Shown here piece by piece: positions 13,262 through 25,372 of a stretch of 64,000 nucleotides of DNA. The stretch comes from Cycas panzhihuaensis (taxonomy: Eukaryota > Plantae > Cycadophyta). The position numbers and the translations under genes are program-made. The stretch lies in contig CM041465.1 of the NCBI GenBank assembly GCA_023213395.1, positions 176,707,741 to 176,771,740 of the forward strand, in the 5' to 3' direction. The notes below the pieces were generated by a model, which was not told where the DNA came from, did no database searches, and saw only the letters and a list, made by a program, of their open reading frames with translations. Every line of letters begins with the position of its first letter. Position 1 is the first letter of the stretch.

Positions 13262-13476
13262 GTAAAAGGATATAGAGGCTACTATATTAGGTTTAGGCCT
13301 ATATATAAGGACCTTTCACTTAATATGGTTGTATCAATAACAATGCTTATCAAACAAGGTCCTATAACTAATTTCTTATTATCAAATCAAGGTGTGAATA
13401 ACCTTGGGATGATCAATTAGCTTAAGGTAAAGCATATATTAAAGGGCATCTAGAACAAGAAATCCATACCAATTTG
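13262..13476 (+). pseudogene. AGO4: Captured, intron-less fragment of an AGO4/6/9-clade Argonaute (ArgoL1/DUF1785 to start of PAZ)
   Basis: Translates VKGYRGYYIRFRPIYKDLSLNMVVSITMLIKQGPITNFLLSNQGVNNLGMIN*LKVKHILKGI. This aligns without gaps to the AGO4-clade motif GCRGFHSSFRTTQGGMSLNMDVTTTMIIKPGPVVDFLIANQNARDPYSIDWSKAKRTLKNL (recalled). Many differences are C>T/G>A codon changes (C>Y, H>Y, D>N, P>L, W>stop, A>V, R>H). Confidence 0.88.
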
Positions 13477-14587
13477 AGAACCTACTCACTCATTTGTGAA
13501 GATACATTTTTATAGCTTAAGGTCTAAATAGATGATGCATACATATGTTCAGCCATGGATTTCTTAGAACTTCACTTTAGGAATAGACCAAAGGATAGAA
13601 GATTTATATTGAATCTACATCTAGTGGCAATGAGTACCATAAACTTTTCCTTCTATGAATTGAGTTTTTGATGGGGACATTTGTGCAATGGAGTATTATT
13701 ATCATATTCTATTGAAGGGGTAATGAACTTTATTATATCTTACATAGTCATTAGTTAAATGTGTTCATATGTACTATGAAATAATTTTTTCAAACCCTTA
13801 AATATTTGTTCAAATCATATTGCAACATGTTACATAAATTGGCCATTATATTATAAAAGATTACAACCTATATATGCCCTCTTAAGATAATAATGGCCTC
13901 ATCAAACCATGCATCATTAAAATCTACTTTTTATCCATATATTATGTGCTTTTTATAATAAAGATGCCCTCGTATTTTTACTTTTCAATCAAGTGCTCCA
14001 TATATCATCATATTGCCATAATAATCAAATGAACTCCACACACCATATATATTTATTATTTGTTATCAAATATATTACTCTTTATTCCTTGTACCTATTA
14101 ATTTTCCATTTGTCATATTATATAGGCTTGCTACCTATTTAGCATACTAATAGGATATTAGGTGTCATTTTTCTCCCATAAGATGATTAGTCCTACTTGG
14201 GCTATCATTCTCTCATAAATAATCTGTTATTGCTAATTATGAGATTTGGTGAGATGTCCAATCTTACAAAATCTTAGTCACTTCTATAGGTGGATGGCCT
14301 ATATTAGTGAACACAACTGGCAATACTTTCTCTTTTTCATTATATCTAGCAGACTTATTTCAAACCTATATGCTCATGAATATATATCTATATGCATAAA
14401 TAATTATCCACATAAAATTTAAAATTAACATACCATTAGTATTCCTACTTCATGTGACTTCATATGTGGCTTCATCATATATGTGGATCTTCATCTTATC
14501 AACTTCTTCTTACCCCAAAATCATGGTCATGTATCACTAGCATAACTAGTATATTTAAATTTCTAGCTTATCAAATGGCATCATAAC

Positions 14588-15065
14588 TAATAGAAGAATT
14601 AATGATTGAATTTATTAATTCATTGATGATTAATTATACCATACTTCTGTAATATTTTGTAAATATTTTTTATTAAAGGGATTATTATCATAAATGGGTT
14701 AAGTCACAATTTAATATTATGAACCTAGGTGTGTAGGGGTGCTTTTACTCTTAATATTAAAATATTATAAATGTGGTTTAATCATGCAAGATTCTAACTA
14801 TCACCTTGCATGATCTTACATTTATTATTCATCAAGTTTATTATAACTACCTCTGTTATTATATATGTAAGGCCTTTTTGTATGCAATGTATCATGTAAT
14901 GTATCTTTATATAAGATTAATACAATTATAATTACTTTGGAGCTTATGAGTAATTCATTGCTTCCTTTAGTAAAATGTTTTTATTGAATGTTTTTTAATT
15001 GAATGTTATTCATGTGAGTTAGATTGGAACCTAGGTCTAAACTAGGACCACTCCTCCCTCTTTCA
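14588..15065 (+). repeat. E5 5' LTR
   Basis: Colinear with 34530-34979; ends TTTCA, 2 nt before the PBS. Confidence 0.92.
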
Positions 15066-16451
15066 CTTGGTATCAGAGTTGTTTTTCATAGCTTTCTTTC
15101 AGAATTAGACTAGCAAGTTGCTACAATGATATACAGATGCATCATGTGGCTTATATTCTTTCATGTAACTAGTAAGAAGATGAAAGGCTCACTTAACTGA
15201 ATATGTTAATATCATTTCTACTTAGCTGACTAATGCATTCCTATTTTAAACATTATAAATATCTTCTCAAATCAATATGATTAAGATATTATATTATCTC
15301 TATATTATTTAATGATTTGTGGATGCCATTATTGATTTATATAATGTATTGTTATTTATTACATGTTGAAATATTCACAACTTTAAATATGATGACCTAT
15401 GCATAATTTCTTAAGGTTAGGCATATTTTATCATTATATTCAAATAGCCATTTGATGAAGAGTTCATTTGTTCTTTTTCTTCTTCTATGTAGCTATTATC
15501 ATATTCCCCTCTACACAATACTCAATTACCACATCTTTGCATGAGCTAAGACAAAGTTATTCCTTCTCTAAGTAATGCCCCTCTTACATATAGACTTCAT
15601 AGTTGTTATTACACATTCACTCTTTTTGAACTCACATGAGCTTTGTGTGGTATCTACATAGTTGTTAGTGCATGGTTTACAGTAACTATGCCTATTCTCC
15701 ATAGTTGCCCTTCACTCTAAATAATGTTGACTCTCTCTCTACTCCATTATGCAATTATGTAAGCTACATATTTTGAAAAGGAAATTGTATATACATTGCC
15801 TCTTCTTCACAGCCTTTTTTTCATCTATATAATGTCCTATGTGCTCCATCTGCATAATAGATTTCTACTATAGGCTCCAACTACATAATAGCTACCTCTC
15901 AGATTATATACAAAGTTATTTGCACTATTAATTTGATCAATCAAATAGTAAATATGGGATTTAAGAAAAATTACTAGCTTCAACTCACTATAGTTCACTA
16001 TCTACTTAATGAAACTATATCATATGGCTGCTCAAACTAATCATAGCTATGTCATCCCTTCATTGGAGCAATTAGAATGATATTTCATAGCCCTAGCAAA
16101 AAGATTTGATCCTCTATATCAAACTCTATTTCATTATTTTTTGAAATCCTATTATTTTTATTTTTATTTTTTATAAAGTTAGAAAACTTTAGGTTATTAA
16201 AATTAGTATATTTAAAGAATATTTTATTTTTTATAAAGTTCCCTAACCTAAAGTTTATTCTTTTATTTTTAATCATTTTTTAAGTTTTTTTAGCCTATTT
16301 CTTGATTAGTTTTAGGTAAGTTTTTAGTTGTTTAAACTCTTCTTTCTATTTTTACTACTTAAAATATAAGATTTTTAATTTTTAATCGTAAAAATCGTTT
16401 CTAAAAAATAAATATTAAAAAAGATAATACCTAAATTAAACCACCATTATA

Positions 16452-16895
16452 CTAGCCTTATAAGAGAAATAATTAGGACCCCTAAAGTTACCACTCCACA
16501 CATGACAATGGACTTTCTCAAATTTTGTGAATAATAGAGAAAGACATTGGCTATTAGGTGTATTAAGTAATAGGCTAAGGTATTATACCCTAAAACCTTG
16601 GAGTTTAGAGACTAGGCTAGACCTAGAAGGGGTAAGCACCTTGGTTGTTAAGTATGCCCTTAGATGAGGATCTGTCATTCAAGTTGTAAATATGGTCTAG
16701 GTGGTTCAATAGTGTTGGGAGGCAGTCAAGCCTTCAATAGCACCTATGTACTTTTGGGTATATTAGGTCCTAAAGCTACTACTTGTGACCAGGTATACCA
16801 TCAGATAGAACCATCTCAACTACCAAGGGTTATTAGGATTGGAGATAGTGAGATATAGACCCTAGTTGAGCATACCTTTTTAGGTAGACAAGATA
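16452..16895 (+). ncRNA. Candidate conserved structured leader RNA, E5 copy
   Basis: Shares ordered blocks with 20628-21045 and 61800-62232(-), including AGGCTAGACCTAGAAGGGGTAAGCACCTT at 16614-16642. Confidence 0.55.
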
Positions 16896-17440
16896 TATAT
16901 TTTAGATATTATGACACTTTAAATAATTGTAGTTAATACCATTAAACTTTTTTATAGTGATAATTTCTTAGCTTGGAAGAAATAATTCAAGAACATATTA
17001 ATAATAAATAAACTTTAGCTTTATGGTTCTAGAACAATTCTTATACCAGCTCTTACTAAAGATTCTAATGATCCTTAAAATCTCTTTCCTGGTAATCTTA
17101 ATGTTATAACTACCTTTCAAGAGTTTGATGAAGTTATCCTTTCCTTTTTAACACCTATCTTATAAAGATAATGTTAATTAGAACATTGAACTAGCCCCTA
17201 CCTCTTCTAATGCTTGGAATATCATTTGTGCACTCTATGAGAGGAAGGATAATGCCTAGTGATGCTCAAAGCCCAACTTTACCTCATTCCATTTACAAGA
17301 TCTACTATATCTTATTTTTCCATAATTAAAGTCATCAAGAACCAATTAATAGTGATGGGTTAACTACCAGATGGCAGTGATCTTATATCCTACATAGCTA
17401 ATGTTTTACCACCTAGATATAATTCCCTTATATCTAATCT

Positions 17441-17774
17441 TGTTGGGAATAATCCCAATGTTTGTGCACTAGAGCGCTTAGGGCCCCTCAAAGCCACCTT
17501 TGAGGGCCCCTAGGGCACCTTGAACCGTTCAGCAGCCGCCCGGACCGACCACTCACGTGAGGTACGTATCACCGCTATTTATTTTTTATATTTTTCAAAC
17601 TAACCTTAATTGTTGTGCAGCTAGGGTGATGGCGCCCGACGCCTCCCCGAATCTCTATTTAAGGGTTGGGAATACCTCCCTGGTGTTTATTAACACCGCC
17701 ACTCTTTCGGAAATCGCCGTTGTACTCAAGATGAAAGTCTCGTGATGTCCTGCTCTGCTCCTCCGGCTCCATCA
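17441..17774 (+). repeat. E6 5' LTR (334 bp) with G-box palindrome and TATA-like box
   Basis: CTCACGTGAG at 17552-17561; TATTTAA at 17656-17662; near-identical to 25373-25693. Confidence 0.95.
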
Positions 17775-17776
17775 TT

Positions 17777-17789
17777 TGGTATCAGAGCC
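17777..17789 (+). promoter_or_regulatory. E6 primer-binding site (tRNA-iMet)
   Basis: TGGTATCAGAGCC. Confidence 0.97.
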
Positions 17790-18299
17790 AAGTTGATGCG
17801 GTTGTCATTTTTCTGATTTTAGTTGCTCAATCGTCCGACGGAACATAGCTATATGACTGCTCGTTGAGATTCTGGCGAGCTCACTGATCTGCTGGAGAAG
17901 ACGGTTCTGGATTCCATCCACTGTGGAGGAAGATCTCCGCCTAAGTCTGCTCTCCACACGGAAACCAGGTTCCTCGGTTCCTTTTATTTTTCAAACATAA
18001 AAAAAAAACATAAATGTTTTGATATATGCCTTACTGTTTATGTGCTTGATAGATTCTGCCATTGTATTATTCATTATTTGCTTGTTGTCTCATTGTATTA
18101 TTTGTTCTCCGGGTGAAGGCATTAGCCAGCTATCTACTATCTCCGTGTTATCCCTGTGTCTCCGGCACCTTGCATTCCTTGTATCCTATACCTCTCCACC
18201 GCCTCTCTGTCTCTGGCTGGGACGGCCTCTTCTGTGTTCTCCGTGAGCCAAGCCTGCCCTCTGACCCTCCGTTTGCCCTGCCTCGGGATTCATTGCTGC

Positions 18300-18570
18300 T
18301 TTTAATCTCCCGTGCCGTGGTGCGTTGCTTCGTCGCCCCGCCTCTTCGTCATTAATATCCCGTGCCGTGGTGTAGCAGTCGGCGCTGCGTCGCCCCCGAC
18401 TCTCTGATCCTCTGATTCCGCGTTTCCCGGGATTCATTCCTGCATTAATCTCCCGTGCCCTGGTCTGCGTCCTTTTGCGTCGCCTCATTCGCGTCGCCCT
18501 CTCCCGTGCCCTGGCGTCCTTTTGCGTCGCCTCATTCGCGTCGCCCTCGTTCGCCCCACTCGCGTCTGCC
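18300..18570 (+). repeat. GC-rich imperfect tandem repeats in the E6 leader
   Basis: TTAAT(C/A)TCCCGTGCC at ~18302, 18352 and 18446; GCGTCCTTTTGCGTCGCCTCATTCGCGTCGCCCTC twice (~18467 and ~18514). Confidence 0.85.
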
Positions 18571-20627
18571 CTCTCGTGTTGGGAATCGGCGCTCTGCGTC
18601 CGCCATCGCCCCTCTAGCCGGGAGGCCACTCACTCGCGGAAGGCGTCGTGCCTCGCATCATTCTTTCGGGACGTCTCTGTGGAGTTGCACTACCCACCTA
18701 AGCGCCGCCATGCGCAGAAGTTAATCACGTTACGACTCGACAGCCCTCCATTATCGTAGGTGTTCAGTCCGGTAGCAATCCTTGGAATCGGTTGCGTCGC
18801 CGCCTCTCAAATTGCTCGTGGCTTCATTGACACATCTGCTTTCGCGCCTAATATTCTTTCATTGCGCCTCTACGTTGTACGCCTTTGTGCATTATTATTC
18901 GGCTTTATATTATTGTGGTTTTATATAAGTTTGAAAATTAAATTTATTATATTTTTTAAAATTCGGTTTAAAGTTTTTAAGCTCCGGTTTTAACTCGACG
19001 AGCGAGTTCACCCTCCTGGCATCGGAGGTTTCCATTATCTGACTGGTCTCGGGTTCAATCCCAGCCCAGTTCAGTTTCAGACTGTTTTTTAAAGAAGTTT
19101 TTCAATTGTAAACCTTATTTTTTTTTAAATTTTATTTTTCCATAAGGTTATTGGCGCATTTTTGGCCATAACTTCCCCCTGGCTCATCGGTTTCAGACAA
19201 AACCTGCGCCATCAGATCAGAAATTTTCCGTAGATCAATTTCGACTGGTCATAAGACCGATTTAGTGCCCATTTGACCTCGTTTCACCCCTTTTAACATT
19301 GGACTTTCGAAATTTCAGCAGTTTTTACATTTTTGATAAAATCGGTTTTAGAACTGGCTGCTATTTATTGTTGGTAAACTGTTTTGTATCCAAATTTTTT
19401 CTATTATGATCTACGTCATATAGACTCTAATACCCATCTTGTACTTTATTTTTTGACTTCATTTTCACTGATATTTTAATCGTCAAAATAAGAAAATTAG
19501 TTGATTTTACCTGTTTCTTGAACATTCTCCATAAAGATACTTGTCACCTTTTTCACTATAATTTTTGCAATTTTTATCAGATTTCATTTCCGTCAGCTTC
19601 GTTGGGAAGCTGACTCATTCCTCTTCACTGTGATATATTTTTTCATATATTTTGACATATTTTGCTTATATTTCAAATCAGCTAAAGTTGAGTCATTTTA
19701 TTGGCCTAAATCAGCTTTTCTTACACCTGTTTAATATATTCTTTCAAATATCTTCAATTGGCAGAATATTAATTACTTCATCAATAATATTTGATCATTT
19801 GTTCAGCTTTTCTAAGGATTAATTAGTACTTTTATACAATTTTTTGCCTACCCTGCTCCTGTTAGGCTCCATAAGGAGGTCATTTTCTTAGCATCATTCA
19901 AAACGTGACTTATTGGTATCATTTTTCAAAACCGTCTGTCTTATTGGATTCACATTTCAGCAATCTACATATTGATAAAATTTTAAGCTATTCTGACCTC
20001 ATTCAATATCGCTTTTCAATCATAAAGTTGAGTATATATATTCATCCTAACAAGCTTGTCTTCCTTTCAAAAATTGTAAAGAAAATTATAGTTTACTCAA
20101 AGTTTTTTGCTTGATCTTTCTACAAGCACTTTACATTATTTTAAACAAGTATTTATTTATAAGGCAATACATAAAAGTTGTTCTTAAAAGAAGTTTTTAC
20201 ATTGAAGATTTATTATTCATTTGAGAAATTGGCATCTGTTTATCTATTCTCAAAAGTTTATTTTTAAATCTTGCATAAGTGAAAAGTTTTTGAGCATCAT
20301 TACTTCCTTTTTGATTAAAAGTGTATTAAAGTTCTTCTTCATTATTGGAAAATATCATCCTTCTTGCACTTATAAAAGAAAAATTGCATTTCTTTTCAAA
20401 GGCATCTTATATTTGTTTGAAGGACATTATATATTTTTTTTGAAAAAAAAAGGAAAAAAAAAGAGTTTTTTTTTTGTAAAAGTTTTCATTTCATCTTGCT
20501 TAGAGCATTTTTTTTTATTATTATCAAAGAATTTTCTGTTTCTAAGCAAGACCACATTGATAAATAGATTAGTTTTCACATTAAATAAGATAAATCCCGA
20601 ATTGAATCACACTTTTTCCAAATTTTG

Positions 20628-21045
20628 CAAGGGGAACGGTTAGGACCTCAAGTTACCACCACACGCTAATCGGCCTACTCATATTGGATGAGGACAGCCA
20701 TTAGCTATCAGGTGTATACGGTGGCAGGTTGAGGTGCAGAACCTTTTCATTTTATGGTGTTTGGAGACCAAGGCTAGACCTGGAGAGGGTGAGTGCCTTT
20801 GGTTCGAGAACCTTCACCGCTAGATCTCGTTAGGCATAAATCCGTATGGTGGACCAACAATTGTGGGGTGTCAAAGCCTTCTTAGCGACCCCACGCATCG
20901 AGGTATATAGAGCCTGGCGCCAAGACGCAGATAAAGGGTCCCTGTTTGCCATCCGTAAGGCGCCATCGATGACAGAATAGCAACCGAAGGTTTCCCCAGG
21001 AGAAACATAAACTTAGAGCCTAGTAGCCTTTCTAGGTCCTAGTTC
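20628..21045 (+). ncRNA. Candidate conserved structured leader RNA, E6 copy (best preserved)
   Basis: GC-richer island between AT-rich tracts with nested complementary segments (see finding); ends ~140 nt before the gag ATG. Confidence 0.6.
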
Positions 21046-21182
21046 ATTTGTTCAAACTTTTGAGAACCTTGGGATATATATATTTGGAAATAATTTCTTT
21101 CATTTAAGTTCTTTCAATTTTCTACATTCAAATATATTTTTGCTATTACATTCATCACATTTTTATACAACCTTAATTTAAA

Positions 21183-24100
21183 ATGACGTCTAGTTTTGGG
21201 AATATGATTATTCCTAAATTTGATGGAAACAATTTTCTTAACTGGAGTAGGAGGATGAGGCCCATCCTCATAGCAAATGAAATGTGGGATATAGTGAGAA
21301 ATGGTTACAATGACTTAGGATCAAACCCAACTGATACTGAAAAAGCTACATACAAAGAAAATATCAAAAAAAGATAATGAAGCCTTAGCCCTTATTTTTT
21401 GCGCTTTAGAAGATCATGTTTTCCCACGCGTTAGTGAATCCATTAAGTCCAAAGAGGCTTGGGATACTTTACGACTTATATAATGAAGGGTAGCGTCCTC
21501 TAAACTACAAAACTTAAGAAGTAAGTTTGAAAATTTACGATGATGCCTCATGAATCAATAACTGAATTTATGACCAAGATTCAAGACATAGTTAACCAAA
21601 TGAGGTCCCTTGGGGATACCTTAACTGAACAAAGAGTTGTTGAACGAATCCTTCGATGTGTAGGAGTTAGGCGCTTTGAGATGGTAGCTACAAGTATTAG
21701 TGTATCTAAAGACCTAAGTACCCTCAAAATAGAACAACTTACTGCTATGCTTATGTCCATAGAAGAGCAACAAGCTGCCAATGAAACCTTAGAACATGCC
21801 TTTGCTACAAAGGCCAACATTCAATCTAATCCTCAAGATAGCACCTCAAAACAAAATGAATCCCCTTTAAGGAGAAAAGATGAAAACCCTAGAAATGAAC
21901 CTAGACAAAATCCTCCACGATACCAAGCTCCTCATAATAGACAAGGACGACCCCCATAACTTGAAAACTCTCCAAGACATTCGAACACTCAAAGAAACCC
22001 TAACCAACAAAGACAAGTTGAAAATCATTCTTGTTGTCCACATTGTCATGGGAACCCACAACCTTCTAGAACACCTCAAAACTATCGTGACCAACCAAGA
22101 AATACTCATACTCAATTCTATGAGGAAAGGGGGAGACCTCTTAACTTTGATCACTCTTCACCAAGGAATCAAAATCTTAGTTATGGAAAAAGAGATCAAC
22201 TATATTGCACTTATTGTCGTAGAAATGGTCACACCAAGATAAGTGTTTTTCAAAACATGGACCACCCTCAGAGGACATGTGTCAAACACATCTAAAATCA
22301 ACAATAGGTTATTTCTATCTAGTTTTTCAAACCAGAAGAAGAGGATGATAGTTGGTACATTGATTCGGTTGTTCCACCCACATGACCCATAGAGAACAAT
22401 TATTTCAAACTTTGGATACAAATAAGAAAGGGTCTATTATGTTTGGAGACAACACTTCTCACCAATCGATTGGAAAAGGTAACATTGCCTTATTGACTGA
22501 TAGTGGTGAATATAAATATTTAAATGATGTTCTATACGTCCCTGCTTTAAGGAAAAACTTACTATCGGTAGGACAGATGATGGGACAAGACTATAAAATA
22601 ATTTTTGACAACGGCGAATGTGTCATTAAAGACAAATGACAAAATGAAGCTATTGTTGCTAAGGGTATCATGACTAAAGATCGTTTATTTAAACTTACTA
22701 TCACCCCTCGAAACATATGCCCTTAGAACCACAACTACTATGGATAGTGACCTATGACATCGACGTTTTGGTCACCTTAATTATACAAGTTTAGCCCTTA
22801 TGAAAAGATTAGATATGGTTAATGGCTTACCCCTATTGATGTTAACAAAGAGTTGTGTGAGGATGCCTTCTTGGAAAACATCATAGAAAGTTTTCCAGAC
22901 TTTAGCCATTGGACATCCGCCCTCTTCAACTCGTATACACAGATATTTGTGGCCCAATGGCCACTCCTCATGGCGGTGCCAAATATTTCCTTACATTTAT
23001 TGATGACTTTACAAGAAAGACTTGGGTGTTTTTCTCAAATACAAATCGATGCTTTTGACCACTTTGTTGACTTCAAAACCGTTGAGCAACAAAGTGGATA
23101 CCATATCCTCTCCTTAAGATCCGATAATGGGGGAGAATTTACCTCTAATATCTTCAAGGATTACTGTATCCAACATGGGATTAGGCGACAACATACCAAC
23201 CCCTACACCCCACAACAAAATGGTGTAGCTGAAAGGAAAAACAGAACTATCGTAGAAATGGCACGTTGTATGCTTAAAGATAAAAACTTAGGCCATGAAT
23301 TTTGGGTCAAGCCCATCCATAGCCTACTTACTTAATCGATGTTCCACAAAAGTCATTAGAGGGAAGACACCGGAAGAAGCATGGACAAAGTTATAAACCT
23401 AGTATCCGTCACCTTAAGGTATTTGGCTGTTTAGCCTATGCCCACGTCCCTGACCAAAGAAGAACCAAATTAGATGATCATAGTGTAAAATGTATCTTTA
23501 TTGGATATAGTGAATCATCAAGATCTTACAAAGTTTATGATCCCAAATCCCGAAAAGTTATACTAAGTAGGGATGTCAAATTTCAAGAAGATACTTACTA
23601 TCAAAATAACCACGAACAACAAAAGGACATTACCATCAAGTTTAATGCACCAAATACATCTAAATATGTGCCCCCTATGTGGAGAAACTCTCCGGAAACT
23701 ACTAGGGAAACAACATCCCCTCAACCACCATTACAACCCCTACCTAAATGGGTTCACCACAATCATGACTTAGGAAATATATTAGATAACAATCGAAGAT
23801 CTACACGTTCACACAAAGTTAACTTTGCTCTAATGAGTAAGTTACTTGAAAGTCATGAGCCTCAAACCTTTGGTGAGGCTAATCAACATGAGTGCTGGCA
23901 AAAAGCCATGCAAGAGGAATATAAATCTATAGTTAAAAATGATACTTGGGAACTTGTAGACTTACCACCAAGAAAGAAAGCCATTGGAACCAAATGGGTT
24001 TATAAGACTAAGTTCCACTCTGATGGATCAATTGATAAATATAAAGCTCGTTTAGTTGCCAAAGGATATGCCCAAAGAGAAGGCATAGACTATACCGACA

Positions 24101-25370
24101 CATTTGCCCGATTGCTAGAATGGAATCAGTTCGCATGATAATAAGTTTAGCCACCCAAATGGGTTGGCCTGTTTATCAAATGGACGTAAAAAGTGCTTTT
24201 TTAAATAGTTATATTCAAGAAGATATCTATGTCTCTCAACCCCTCGGTTTTGAAGTCAGGGGGGAAGAAAACAAAGTGTATAAGTTAAAGAAAGCGTTAT
24301 ATGGTCTAAAACAAGCACCTAGGGCTTGGTATTCCCATATAGACACATATCTTAAAGATCAAGGGTTTGAAAGATCTCAAGCAGATCCAAACCTATACAC
24401 TAAAATTAAAGGAGATTCGATATTGATCATAGGACTTTATGTAGACGACTTAATTTATACCAGAAATGACTCCCACCTCTTAAGTCAATTTAAAGAAGCT
24501 ATGTGTAAGGAATTCGAAATGACAGACTTAGGTCTTATGCACTACTTCCTAGGATTGGAAGTGTGGCAAGATAAACAAGGAATATTTATCTCTCAACGTA
24601 AATATACTAGACCTTCTACAAAGATTTAATATGACAAGCTGTAAACCATTGTCAATACCGGTGAATTGGAATTAAACTCTCTAAGATAGATGACTCAACC
24701 TCAGTTGATCCCACTCACTATAGACAACTGATTGGTAGCCTACTTTATTTAACCTCTACTCGACCTGATATAACATATTATGTAAGTGTTGTATCTAGAT
24801 TTATGCAGGATCCAAAGACATCCCATTGGCAAGTCGCTAAAAGAATCCTCGAGATACCTTAAAGGGACTTGGACTTTGGACTATACTACAAACCTACATC
24901 CGAGTTTCGGTTAACAGTTACAGTTGATTGGGTGGTGATATTGATGATAGAAAATCTACTTGGTTATGCATTTAGTATGGGATCGGCGGTAGCTTGGAGT
25001 TCAAAGAAACAAAATACCGTGTCCTTATCCACAAAGCGGAATATAAAGCGCGGTGTTAGGTGCCTGTGAATCAATCTGGTTAAGAAGACTCTTACAGGAT
25101 TTTCAAATTAAACAGCAAGGCCCCACTAAAATTTGGTGTGACAATCAGAGTGCTATTCAAATGACCAAAAATCCAGTATTCCACGGCAAAACAAAGCACA
25201 TTGAAACTCAATACCACTTTATTCGGGAACTTGTACAAGCGAGCAGATAGAGTTGACTTATTGTAGCAATCAAGATCAAGCAGTGGATATTTTACAAAGG
25301 CCTTGGAAAAATCAAGTTTGAAAAGTTCGAGAGATGATTTAGGAGTCATACACATTGGGCTTATGGGGAG
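21183..25370 (+). pseudogene. E6 gag-pol polyprotein, frameshifted as assembled (possibly intact in vivo)
   Basis: IPKFDGNNFLNW gag start; CTYCRRNGH knuckle at ~22205; LRSDNGGEF and PQQNGVAERKNR integrase; QMDVKSAFLN and YVDDL RT; CDNQSAI and TKHIE RNase H. Confidence 0.93.
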
Positions 25371-25372
25371 AA

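Noticed and set aside
13424-13432. AAG|GTAAAG as a splice donor ending the AGO exon
   Set aside because: Homology continues in frame (KVKHILKG vs KAKRTLKN); GTA is best explained as GCA>GTA decay.
13660-13720. FDGD word resembling the RNA polymerase (Pol IV/V) DFDGD active site next to the AGO fragment
   Set aside because: Only four residues match, and flanking motifs need several frameshifts; treated as coincidence pending a search.
16600-16862. Group I intron R/S-like words in the E5 leader (GTTTAGAGACTAG, GAGATATAGACC)
   Set aside because: The better-preserved E6 copy does not keep the P7-forming pair, and no P/Q elements were found.
18186-18759. Overlapping Arg/Ala/Ser-rich ORFs, including the 147-aa antisense ORF
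   Set aside because: Expected by chance in a GC-rich tandem-repeat block; no recognisable domain.
19905-20643. F/L/I/K-rich ORFs of 69 and 140 aa
   Set aside because: Low-complexity translations of AT-rich leader with non-ATG starts; no domain.
20628-21045. Hammerhead ribozyme / retrozyme
   Set aside because: No CTGANGA...GAAA core in a three-stem junction was seen in any of the three copies.
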